NCBI GenBank assembly: GCA_964016885.1
Contig: OZ024761.1
Coordinates: 20,708,001-20,772,000 of the forward strand
Source: Eledone cirrhosa
Taxonomy: Eukaryota
Length of the DNA: 64,000 bases
Direction of reading: 5' to 3'
The notes beneath the pieces were generated by a model, which saw only the letters and a program-made list of their open reading frames with translations, was not told the DNA's origin and did no database searches. This document shows, one piece after another, positions 12,401-22,795 of the stretch (the first letter of the stretch is position 1; each line of letters opens with the position of its first letter). The position numbers and the translations under genes are program-made.

Positions 12401-15239
12401 TGATTGAAAGAAAATCAATACAGACTGAAAGGCAGCAATCATATTACTAATAGGCTGGGAGAACATTAAAATCACAGGTGTAACAAACACACAGGTAAAT
12501 ATAACTTGTTAAACTATTGGTAAGATACTCTCATGGAATGACCAAATGGTGATGGTGATGGTGACAATGATGGTGGTGGTGGTGGTGGTGATGGTGATGT
12601 TGATGATGATGAGGTGGTGGTGGTGATGGTGATGGTGGTGATGATGATGGTGGTGATGGTGGTGGTGGTGGTGGTGGTGGTGATGGTGGTGGTGATAGTG
12701 ATGATGATGATGGTGGTGATGGTGGTGGTGGTGATGGTGGTGATGATGATGGTGGTGGTGATGGTGGTGATGATGGTGATGATGGTGATGGTGATGATGG
12801 TGGTGGTGATGGTGATGGTGATGGTGGTGATGATGGTGATGGTGGTGATGATGGTGATGGTGGTGATGATGGTGATGGTGGTGGTGATGATGGTGGTGGT
12901 GATGGTGGTGATGATGATGATACAATAAAATGTAAAAAACAAGGAAATATTTGTGTTTCTTGTACAGACAACAGTAAAAAGTTTGTCAATCTATTATACT
13001 TCTAACTCCAGTTCGTTAATTAACAATCAATACTTACGATGGTGAATCAAACTTCTCGATTGGTCCAACACAATGGACTATATAATAGGGGAACTAATGG
13101 GAAAGTTACAGGTAGATCTAAATTAACCAAAGTTAGTTGGACTGGAAACAAGAGAGGAGGAAGAAACCAGTGAATTATAATGTACAAAGCTAGGAATTAG
13201 TCCTGTATGAGCAAGATATAGTCACCTGACCAAGCATTGCCCACAACAGGACAACCCATCTAACCCATGCTAGTGTGGAAGAATGGATGTAAACATCCAG
13301 CCCACACTGTAAAGTGGCCGTGTAGGTGACATGACAAAAAGTATCCAGTCCACACTGTAAAGTGGTCGTCTAAAAGACATGACAAAAAGCTCCCAGTCCA
13401 CACTGTAAAGTGGTCACATAGGTGTCACCACAAAAAACACCCAGTCCACACTGTAAAGTGGTCATGTAGGTGTCACAACAAAAACACCCAGTCCACACTG
13501 TAAAGTGCTCACATAGGTGTCACCACAAATAACACCCAGTCCACACTGTAAAGTGGTCATGTAGGTGTCACAACAAAAACACCCAGTCCACATTGTAAAG
13601 TAGTCGTGTAAAAGACACGGCAAAAAGCACCCAGTCCACACTGTAAAGAGGTCATGTAGGTGTCACCACAAAAAGCACCCAGCCCACACTGTAAATTATA
13701 CTGAACTGAAGAGAAAACCAAACCAAACAGTGTGTGTGTGTTTTACTATATTTTTGGCAATACTAGGACAACATGACCCTCCCCAAATACAACAACAAAT
13801 GAGGGAAGGATTTCAATATAAAAATAAACATTTTACACTGAGTAGTTTTGTATCAGAAATCTAGGCTGGTTTCTAACAGTTTACAAATAAAAAGGGTTAA
13901 GCTCTGTTGCTTTTTTAACACTTTTCAACAAACAAATAACCAGTGTTGTATTTCGGTAAGACATTAAGATGTGACATTGCTAACATTCTTGACATTCTTA
14001 CTTACCAGGGATAGCCATCTACTCTTGCCCATACAACTGACCCCTCGGTGTAGCGAGTAAAAATAAATTCTTCTTCACAGTATTCTATTTCTGGTAAGGA
14101 ACAGTCATTTTGAGTAGGATCTAGGAAAACAAAATTGGAAGATTAAACAAAATGATAGGTTTATAATATTGATTTCTAGGAAAGGTAAAATTAACAGGTA
14201 TTTTATTTTAACTCTGGAAGGATGAAAAGTAAAGTTAATTTAATAAAATTATTAATTATTTCATTACTAAGATACTAACTTAATGTAAGGTTCTTATATA
14301 AAATTATGTTGGAAGATTTTAATTTAAATTGGAAACCTTTAAAAGTGGATGATTTTATTTCGTAGAACCAGAGCTGGTTTTGGGTAGGGTTAATAACTAA
14401 AGGGTTCACCACTCAGCCATACCTGTACACCTTGGACAAAAGTAAATGAAATAGAAACACACCTGGATTCATATCACAAATCCAGTTATGTGGAATCGTA
14501 AGAGGATCATGTACATGTTGTAGCCACCTCCATTTATGGCAGTTCAGTTGAGTACATTCTACCCAGGTACCTAGTATAGAAAGGAGATATTATTATAATA
14601 ATGGTTTCTTATTTAGGCACAAGGCCAGCAATTTGAAGGAGAGGGGAAAATCGATTAAATCAACCCCAGTGCATTACTGGTACTTTATTTTATCGACAGT
14701 TAGACGGATTGATAGAGAGAAAGAGGGAGAGAGAAGTGAGAGAAAGAAAAAGGAAGACAGAGACATGAGAGAGGGAGGAGAGAGAGAGAAAGAGGAAGAC
14801 AATGTGAGAGAGGTAAAATAAAACAATATATATATAATATAGAAATGGCATCTACAGGACTAGAACTGTTTCATTCAGGAGAAATCATCAGGATCATCAT
14901 CAGGGCTTCTTAATGATTTCCCGAAATATATACAGTATATATATATATATATGCAGAAGTTATATTTAATTTGTTGGGATTCCAACAAACTTAAAAGTTT
15001 ATACATGATATAAAGCACTCGACAGTTTACTGGAGTAAATATTAAATATATTAAATCACTATCAATTTATATCACTATCCAGCAAACTTTCAACCATCAA
15101 GGTTATGTCAATATTTATAAAACAAATTTTATATTTTATCTGATGAAAGCGCACCAAGACTGCCTTGGTTGCCCTTGAAATATATATAATAAAATAATTA
15201 TGGTTTTATAAATATAGTTTCCATTTATTAATATATTGA

Positions 15240-15285
<46 letters not shown>

Positions 15286-15499
15286 CACTAATTGACACAT
15301 GGATACCACTTTACTCCAGAAAACACGACAGCTGGCAGACCCTTTTAGGAACTCATATGTCTGCCGGGCACGTGAGCAAAAGGACACAATTCTCATAACA
15401 ACAACAAATGCATGAATTACATCTTGATTGCATAGGAGAACCATTGAAATAATTATAATGAATAAACGATTTATGTAACATCAGCATCTTTCTTAATGT

Positions 15500-15534
<35 letters not shown>

Positions 15535-18500
15535 TACACACTATATATATACATATATATACATATATATACACACACATACACACTATATATATATATA
15601 CATATATATACACACACATACACACTATATATATATATACATATATATACACACACATACACACTATATATATATACATATATACACACACACATACACA
15701 CTATATATATATATACATATATATATACACACACATACACACTATATATATACATATATATACACACACATACACTATATATATATATACATATATATAC
15801 ACACACATACACACTATATATATACATATATATATATACATATATATACACACACATACACACTATATATATACATATATATACACACACATACACACTA
15901 TATATATATATAAGTAAATATTTACCAGATTCATATATATTCCGAGTCTGCATACACTTTTTCTTGCAAGGTATCTTAGATTCACAAGAATGGGAATCTG
16001 AAGAGAAAACATACTTCAAATTGAATTAAAATATACAAATATTATAAGCGGTAGAGCATCGGAAAAGATGCTTCAAGGCATGGAGTTATGGCCTTTTACG
16101 TTCTACGTTCAAATCCTGCCGAGGTTAGATTTGCCTTTTGTCCTTATGGAGTCGATTTAATCGCGAAATGAAGTGTTTTGCTCAAGAACACAACACAGAA
16201 CCCAGCCCAGGTATTGAACCTGTGATATTATGAGTGTAAAGTCCAACACCTTTACCTCCAGGCCACACACCTTCACATATTTAGATAGGAAGGTGTGTGT
16301 ATATAGGTTGTCAATATTGGTGGTGTTGGTGGTGGCCTTCTTTATATTGCCATATAGAAGTGGAGTTCTATTAAGCTGATTATCATGTAATATAAACCAA
16401 CATCATCATCATCATCGTTATTATTATTACCAGCACCACCACTACCACCACCACCACCACACCACCGCCGCCACCACCACACCGCCACCACCACCACACC
16501 ACCGCCACAGCCACCACAGCCACTACCACCACCACCACCACTACCCCCACCACTGCCACTACACCACCACCACAGCCACCACCACAGCACTACCACCACC
16601 ACCACTACCACAGCCACCACCACCACCCCCACCACTGCCACACCACCACCACAGCCACCACCACACCACTACCACCACCACCACCACCACTACCCCCACC
16701 ACTGCCACACCACAACCACTACACCACCACCACCACTACTGCCACTATACCCCCACCACTGCCACACCACAACCACTACACCACCACAGTAGCCACTACC
16801 AAGTCCTACTCTACTACCAGTAATGGCTGTTATATTAGTCATTGCATGAGTCAAACACTGTTATTAGAAAGAGCCAATCAATAACACTAGGAGTTAATAT
16901 TTAATACAATACACCAGTGGAGACTTAATAAATTCTAACAATTGTTTCTACTTTTGGCACAAGGCCAGCAATTACCCCAGTACATTACTGGTACTTTATT
17001 TTATCGACCCCGTAAGGATGAAAGGCAAAGTTAACCTCGGCGGGATTTGAACTCAGAATGGCAAGGGCCGTAACTCTATGCTGGAAAGCATGGCGTCCGA
17101 CCCTCTACCAATACTGCCAATCCACCACCCTAATGGCAGTGGTTTGGCAGAATTGGTAGAGTGTCGGACACCATGTTTTGCAGCAGAGAGTTATGGCCCT
17201 TTACGGTCTGGGCTCTTCTTTTAACCCCCACACACACCTCCACCCTCCCCTTCTTCACCATTCAGAAATATAAGTTTTTATAATTAACTAAACTAGGTTA
17301 TCAGAACACTGCCCACCCCCTCCTCCTCCACAATACTGGGGAACACTTGTGACCATCAATAATGGAGTCTGTGTTGTGGTGGGGTGGGGTCTATTTTGGA
17401 GGTTAACAGGTGGTGTGTAGTGGTAGTGGGTAGTGATGGTGGTGGTGGTAGTGGTGGTGGTAGTGGTGGTTGGTGGTGGTGGTAGTTAGTGGTGGTGGGT
17501 AGTGGTGGTGGGTAGTGGTGGTGGGTAGTGGTGGTGGGTAGTGGTGGTGGGTAGTGGTGGTGTGTAGTGGTGGTGGGTAGTGGTGGTGTGTAGTGGTAGT
17601 GGGTAGTGATGGTGGTGGTGGTGGGTAGTGGTGGTGGGTAGTGGTGGTGGGTAGTGGTGGTGGGTAGTGGTGGTGTGTAGTGGTAGTGGGTAGTGATGGT
17701 GGTGGTGGTGGGTAGTGGTGGTGGGTAGTGGTGGTGGGTAGTGGTGGTGTGTAGTGGTAGTGGGTAGTGATGGTGGTGGTGGTAGTGGTGGTGGGTAGTG
17801 GTGGTGGGTAGTGGTGGTGGGTAGTGGTGGTGGGTAGTGGTGGTGTGTAGTGGTAGTGGGTAGTGATGGTGGTGGTGGTGGGTAGTGGTGGTGGGTAGTG
17901 GTGGTGGGTAGTGGTGGTGGGTAGTGGTGGTGGGTAGTGGTGGTGTGTAGTGGTAGTGGGTAGTGATGGTGGTGGTGGTGGGTAGTGGTGGTGGGTAGTG
18001 GTGGTGGGTAGTGGTGGTGGGTAGTGGTGGTGTGTAGTGGTAGTGGGTAGTGATGGTGGTGGTGGTGGGTAGTGGTGGTGGGTAGTGGTGGTGGGTAGTG
18101 GTGGTGGGTAGTGGTGGTGTGTAGTGGTAGTGGGTAGTGATGGTGGTGGTGGTGGGTAGTGGTGGTGGGTAGTGGTGGTGGGTAGTGGTGGTGTGTAGTG
18201 GTAGTGGGTAGTGATGGTGGTGGTGGTAGTGGTGGTGGGTAGTGGTGGTGGGTAGTGGTGGTGGGTAGTGGTGGTGTGTAGTGGTAGTGGGTAGTGATGG
18301 TGGTGGTGGTAGTGGTGGTTGGTGGTGGTGGTAGTGGTGGTGGGTAGTGGTGGTGGGTAGTGGTGGTGGGTAGTGATGGTGGTGGTGGTGGGTAGTGGTG
18401 GTGGGTAGTGGTGGTGGGTAGTGGTGGTGGGTAGTGGTGGTGGGTGGTGGTGGTATGGTGGTGGGTAGTGGTAGTGGGTAGTGGTGGTGGGTAGTGGTGG

Positions 18501-21500
18501 TGGGTAGTGGTGGTTGGTGGTGGTGGTAGTGGTGGTGGGTAGTGGTGGTGGGTAGTGATGGTGGGTGGTGGTGGTAGTGGTGGGTAGTGGTGGTGGGTAG
18601 TGGTGGTGGGTAGTGATGGTGGGTGGTGGTAGTGGTGGGTAGTGGTGGTGGGTAGTGGTGGTGGGTAGTGGTGGTGGGTAGTGATGGTGGGTGGTGGTAG
18701 TGGTGGTGGGTAGTGGTGGTGGGTAGTGGTGGTGGGTAGTGATGGTGGGTAGTGATGGTGGTGGTGGTGGTGGAGACTAAGTCTGACATGAGAGATATCT
18801 AGCTAGCTAAGTTACCCCCTCCCACACACACCTATGACATTTCATCTTTCTCTCACCTATTAATTAAATCACCCCCTCCCCCTCTGTCTCACCTCTCAAT
18901 CATAATATTACCTGGTAATGTTCTCTAAAAGCCACATTCTCTTCAACTCTATTCTATACTCAAGAGCCTGGTGCTTTTTATCATGGCACCTTATATATAT
19001 ATAAACGTTAAGACCCTTTTCCTGCTATATCAAGTGTTAACCTAATATATACCTTCCATATACTGTACTGATTGTGTTGTTATTTCTGTTTACCTTTTAC
19101 ATACACATATATATGTGTGTTGAGAGAGAAACTGTGTCTGAGAGGGATAAATTGTAGTGAACGGGAGAGGAGACTGAGGTGGTATGGACATGTGATGTGC
19201 ATGGAGGATGACCACTGGGTAAAGAAGTGCCAAGAAATCCCGGTAAAAGGAGGACGCAGTAGAGGAAGACCACGAAAAACATGGGTGGAGATGGTGAGAG
19301 AAGACCTCAGATCGCTGAAACTCACGGTGGTGATGACAAAGGACCGTGACAAGTGGAGAGATGGTGTGCTGAATAAGACCCGTCCCACCCTTGCAAGCAG
19401 GGAAGAGCGGACATAAAATGATGATGATGAAATATATATATAGACATACACATGCAGAGAAATGGCTTCTACAGGACTAGAACCGTTTCATTCGAAGGAA
19501 ATTTCCTGATTATTTCTTTTGAATGAAGCAGTTCTAGTCCTGTAGCAGCCATTTCTATATTAAACATGATGTTTACACTCTACTGATGTACTGAGTACCT
19601 TACTGTGGTTACCCCCTCACCCCAGCCTGTATAGTCCACTCTGTAAAATGTGGTTGGCATTAGGAAGGGAATCCAACTGTAGAAACCAAAGCAGAGACAG
19701 TTCTGTATGAGCAACAAAGACACGGTCATCTGGTCTGGACTGTCTCTTAACAGGAAGACAACTCATGTAACCCATGTTAGTGGAGAAAAATGGCCATTAA
19801 ACGGTGATGATGATCATAATGATGATGATAGATAAAGAAAGAAAGAAACAAGACACTCACTCTTTTTCTTATCTGTCTTTGTTTTAATATCTGTCTTTTT
19901 TAGTTTGATATTTTTGCTGCTTTTGTCAGTTCCTGCTGTTTTCTTTTTAGTTAAGGCCAAACCATTATCTTTAACCTTTTTATTATTAAACAAATTAGAG
20001 GCTTTCGACTTTGGGCAACAAGTCTTTTCAGTCTTTTTACATGTATTTTTAATCTTTAACACTATCTTTTTCGATGGTGAGTCTGGTAATTCTTCTGCGC
20101 CTTGTTTAACATCAAGCTCTTCTTCATTTGATGTTGAAATTTTTCTCTTGCGTTTTAACTTTAATTTATTTTTATCGTGTTTGCCAAATTTAGGATTAAA
20201 TTTATGCTTTTTCAATGGTTTTCCATTAAGAACAGAGTCACTGCTTTCGGAATTAACTGCGGAGGGAGTGGTCTTTTCTGTGGTTGATGTTTCATCAATA
20301 TTTTTTGAGTTGTGAATATTTTCAAAAAGTTTGTCAATGTTTTCATTCTGATGTGTGTCTGATATATCATCTTGGTCATCGATGTCGTAGGAATCAGTAG
20401 ACTCTTGTTTATCCATGTCAGAAAAGCTCACATTATGTGATACTTCAACAGCAACAGCAATGGTTTCATTAGATAGATTCTTACTCTCATCCTTTATCTC
20501 CTTTTTTTTAATACTTTTTTTATTTTCTTCTTTTAGCTCCTTTTTAATACTTTTTTTATTTTCTTCTTTTAGCTCCTTTTTAATACTTTTTTTATTTTCT
20601 TCTTTTAGCTCCTTTTTAATAATTTTTTTTTTTTTGTCGGTTGTTATAGACTTCAATTCAACTGTTTTAATAACCGTCTCCCTTTCAGTGAGACCATCTG
20701 TATTATTGACAGAAGTTAAATGCTCCTCCATTATCTGTGAAAAGTTTTTCCCAACATTTTGAAGAGCTTGCGTCTCACCACAACTGCTCAAAGATGTATT
20801 TTTGGCCTTTGTTTTTTTCTGTTTTTTATTTTCTTTCACATATTTCTCTGTTAATTCAGATTTAAATTTTGGAAAATTTCCTTGAATCTCACAATTTATA
20901 GCAGAGATTTTAAGAGGTGGAACTAGTTTTTGGGTAATTTTTTCAGGTGGTATTTTAGAAGAAATTCTGTCATTTTCATTTTTATTTTCTATTGTTTTTG
21001 TTGGCTTTAACACGTCTTCAACTTCGGAAAGTTTCAAATTGTCAGATGTTTGGTTATTATTATCAAACTTCTCAGAATGTGAAACTTCTGGAACATTCTT
21101 CAAATGTCCATTATTTTCCTGCTTACATTTAGAAGATTTAGCTTTCTTCAAAGAAAGATTTATGTTTTTACTCTTCACTTGTATTTGGGGGATAATTGCT
21201 TTAAGAAGTTTCTCCTGATTGTCTACAGTGTCTATAGAGTTCTCTTTAAGGGAAGATTTACTGCTAAGAGGATTGGCAGGATTGGCAACACTATTCTTTG
21301 TTATTTCTTGATCATTTATTCCTTTAATATTGCTGATGTTTTTTGTGGGTGATTTATTATTGTCTTTCAGTTTAAGAATCTTCTTTGACTGACTCCCAAA
21401 TGACGGTTTTATCTTTTCCGATTTTACTTTATGTTTTGTAATACTTTTAACATTTTCACCAGAATCATTATTATTTCCATACTCAGGTGATAACTGATTG

Positions 21501-21913
21501 CCAGACTTGGCATTGCCATCTTTCAATAACGACTTCGTAGACTCACTGTTTAGAATTTCAGTTATGTCACATGTTGGAACAAGAAAATCTGTTCTGCTTG
21601 AGTTTTCTTCTCCTCTCTGATCAACTTCGGGTTTCAAAGTATTGTTCACTGACTGGCTCAACTGACGAGCAGACATGAAAGTGTTCTGAAAACTGAAATC
21701 AAATTGTTTAGAGGAGCTAGTAGATCTCTTGGACAAATTAATATCAGAATGGTCAACAGCAGGACTCCCAAAAGAATCCAGTGTGTTTTTATTCCTGTTA
21801 CTAAGCATTTCTTCTGATCCTTCGTCCAACATTGGGAAATTCTGGTCAAGTTCAAAAAGTTTATCATATTCTATGTTTTTTACAGAAAATACATTCTTCA
21901 CACAAATATCCAT
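940..21913 (-). CDS. ZCWPW1: Zinc finger CW-type and PWWP domain protein (ZCWPW1-like), 8 coding exons, possibly 3'-incomplete
   Basis: Manual splicing gives ...[131 protein letters not shown]...[25 protein letters not shown]. This is a 4-Cys CW finger directly followed by a PWWP domain, colinear with human ZCWPW1 as I recall it (WVQC..NC.KWR..DP..LP.NW.CD.N.D..N.C..PE; GYPWWPGMIESDPD; YHVTFFG..VSRAW). All junctions are GT-AG with consistent phases. Confidence 0.9.
1069..1844 (+). mobile_element. Same piggyBac-type MITE with the internal 72-bp unit expanded about 8-9 times
   Basis: TTAA-CCCTTTAGCATTTAAACCGGCC start and a degenerate right TIR. The 72-bp period gives the 24-aa pseudo-ORF repeat. 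Confidence 0.8.
2980..3054 (-). CDS. ZCWPW1: ZCWPW1-like exon [25 protein letters not shown], 75 nt
   Basis: PWWP C-terminal helix pattern (A..A.EA). Acceptor tttcAG, donor AAG|GTAAGT. Confidence 0.85.
3617..3846 (+). mobile_element. SINE family 2 body and 3' end (representative). Other copies near 13200-13290, 19630-19812, 22800-23040, 32725-32885, 34600-34790, 41695-41820-, 43250-43335, 62570-62675-
   Basis: Recurrent acactgtaaagtggttgg..ttaggaagggcatccagccgtagaaa...aacccatgctagc.tggaa...gacgttaaacgatgatgat. Confidence 0.75.
3859..3969 (-). CDS. ZCWPW1: ZCWPW1-like exon, [41 protein letters not shown], 111 nt
   Basis: YHVxFFG..SRAW PWWP signature. Acceptor gttttatttAG, donor GTGAGT, phase 0-0. 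Confidence 0.92.
4360..4410 (+). ncRNA. Degenerate type I hammerhead (core U4->A)
   Basis: agttt-CAGAAGA-t-ccc-gttaa-ggg-t-GAAA-gca-gcgattctt-tgc-TT-aaact. All three stems form and AATAAA follows. Confidence 0.55.
4583..4778. mobile_element. Palindromic element family A (66-bp arms 4583-4648/4656-4721 plus one-sided tail); other copies 14837-14925, 19458-19617, 55746-55933
   Basis: Near-perfect inverted repeat of a hammerhead-like core (CTGATGA...GAAACAG...CTGTAGAAGCC) plus the tail gtattgagtacc...tgtggttacc. Confidence 0.75.
6482..6930. repeat. (GGT/GAT)n-type trinucleotide tract. Similar tracts: 11160-11550, 12547-12920, 23257-24058, 45550-45940, 61855-62100, and the complementary (ACC/ACT)n at 2295-2455, 16400-16800, 43340-43832
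   Basis: Direct inspection. These are the source of the poly-H/T/V/P pseudo-ORFs. Confidence 0.95.
7612..8807. repeat. 48-bp minisatellite (about 25 units). Related arrays: 3122-3548, 5985-6305 (inverted), 13278-13695, 34800-34975
   Basis: Unit agagtgtactgggtgtattctatcatgacaacagcactaccactttac, homologous to the cccagtacactctgtaaagtgg segment of SINE family 2. Confidence 0.95.
9514..10935. repeat. 51-bp minisatellite (about 28 units)
   Basis: Unit ctgaccccttcccacacaatattagggtcgttagtctaacc(t/c/g)ccctac(c/t)ta. Confidence 0.95.
10987..11062 (-). CDS. ZCWPW1: ZCWPW1-like exon, PWWP (W)[25 protein letters not shown], 76 nt
   Basis: Completes the literal PWWP motif across a phase-2 intron. Acceptor ttgcAG, donor GTAAGT. 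Confidence 0.92.
13038..13141 (-). other. Candidate cryptic/poison cassette exon (104 nt) in the intron that splits the PWWP motif
   Basis: Strong acceptor tttcttcctcctctcttgtttccAG and donor GTAAGTA. Stop codons in all three frames. Confidence 0.4.
14006..14120 (-). CDS. ZCWPW1: ZCWPW1-like exon, end of CW and start of PWWP ([11 protein letters not shown]...[12 protein letters not shown]), 115 nt
   Basis: Fourth CW Cys followed by PE, then the G-S-x-V-W-A-R/K PWWP start. Acceptor gttttcctAG, donor TG|GTAAGT. Confidence 0.92.
14463..14570 (-). CDS. ZCWPW1: ZCWPW1-like exon, zf-CW core ([16 protein letters not shown]...NWICDMNP), 108 nt
   Basis: CW motif W-V-x-C-x4-C-x-K-W-R...W-x-C-x2-N. 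Acceptor ctcctttctatactAG, donor AG|GTGTGT. Confidence 0.92.
14952..15245 (+). mobile_element. Penelope-like pLTR/retrozyme-type element (family C) carrying an intact hammerhead
   Basis: Bounded by (TA)n tracts. Homologous in reverse orientation to 62185-62500. Confidence 0.65.
15132..15196 (+). ncRNA. Minimal type I hammerhead ribozyme (Penelope/retrozyme-like)
   Basis: tattttat-CTGATGA-aagcgcaccaagactgccttggttgccctt-GAAA-t-atat-a-TA-ataaaata. 8-bp stem I, intact core, long stem II, 2-bp stem III with palindromic ATAT loop, AUA cleavage site after 15188. Confidence 0.85.
15926..15997 (-). CDS. ZCWPW1: ZCWPW1-like exon (N)[23 protein letters not shown](G), 72 nt
   Basis: ttttctcttcAG acceptor and G|GTAAAT donor. 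Phase 1-1 links the large exon to the CW exon in frame. Confidence 0.8.
17400..18772. repeat. G-rich 13-bp-based repeat (GGGTAGTGGTGGT)n
   Basis: Direct inspection. Confidence 0.9.
19120..19430 (+). mobile_element. RTE-clade LINE 3' end; further decayed copies at 22290-22590 and 31420-31645
   Basis: [12 protein letters not shown]...[12 protein letters not shown]...DRDKWR C-terminal motif followed by a (GAT)n tail. Confidence 0.85.
19861..21913 (-). CDS. ZCWPW1: ZCWPW1-like coding exon 1 (large, K/E/S/N-rich, probably disordered N-terminus, 684 codons + 1 nt)
   Basis: Lies within the 718-aa non-repetitive ORF. Acceptor ttctttctccttttatcattgacAG before 21932, ATG in strong context (accATGg) at 21913, donor A|GTGAGT at 19861/19860 (phase 1). 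Basic NLS-like KLKLKRKRK. Confidence 0.85.
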
Positions 21914-22633
21914 GGTTGACTCTCGGCTATTTCTGTCAATGATAAAAGGAGAAAGAATTATGATAAACACATTAAAATATATATTAAGGTGTGCGCTAAA
22001 CAGCCAAAGTACACAATAAAGTCATACACACACACACACACACACATACACACACACACACACACACATATATGAGCGAGACATGGTCACCAGACCCAAC
22101 TTGCCTCTAAATGGAATAAACCTGTCTAACCCATGCTAGCGTGGAAGATAGACATTAATTGATGATGATGATGGTATATGCCTTTATTTGGACAAACAAC
22201 TCCTCTTGATGATACAGTCAGTAAACCGCCAATGCCTTTGGCAATCGCGTATATTACCATTACACATCTGATGGATGTGTAATGGCAATATACGTGAACA
22301 GCAAAGCATAAACGAATTGGGAGAAAGAGACTAGGCATAAGAGGAATGAAATGCTGTGTGCAGGAGAGGAGATTGTGTTGGTATGGACATGTGATGTATA
22401 TGAAGTATAACAGCTGTATAAAAAGGTGCAGAGCACTAAAAGTCGATGGAAGCCTTGGAGTGGGGAACCCAAGAAGACCTGGGATGAGGTGATAAAAGCC
22501 GATCTTGCCCAATTGCACCTCTTAAGGGCAATGACACAGGACCGAGACCTCTGGCGTTACGCAGTAATTCAGAAGTCCCGACTTCCCATGGGTACAAGCC
22601 GAAGCTGAAGCACATAAACAGTATGCCCCCACC

Positions 22634-22795
22634 CAGGGCCGTCTTAACAGCATTATACCCCCCCCTCCCGCAAAGCAGAGCACTGGGGCCCCTACCTACA
22701 CAACCACTCACAGGAATAAAAATACAAATGGGCCCCCTATCCTCGTGGGACCCCCGGGCAACTGCCCAGCATGCCCATGCATTAAGACAGCCCTG
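22634..22795. mobile_element. hAT-type MITE (162 bp)
   Basis: TIRs CAGGGCCGTCTTAA / TTAAGACAGCCCTG and an exact 8-bp TSD CCCCCACC (22626-22633, 22796-22803). Confidence 0.85.

Noticed and set aside
19905-22019. Plus-strand hydrophobic ORFs overlapping the large exon
   Set aside because: Antisense shadows of Lys/Glu-rich codons.
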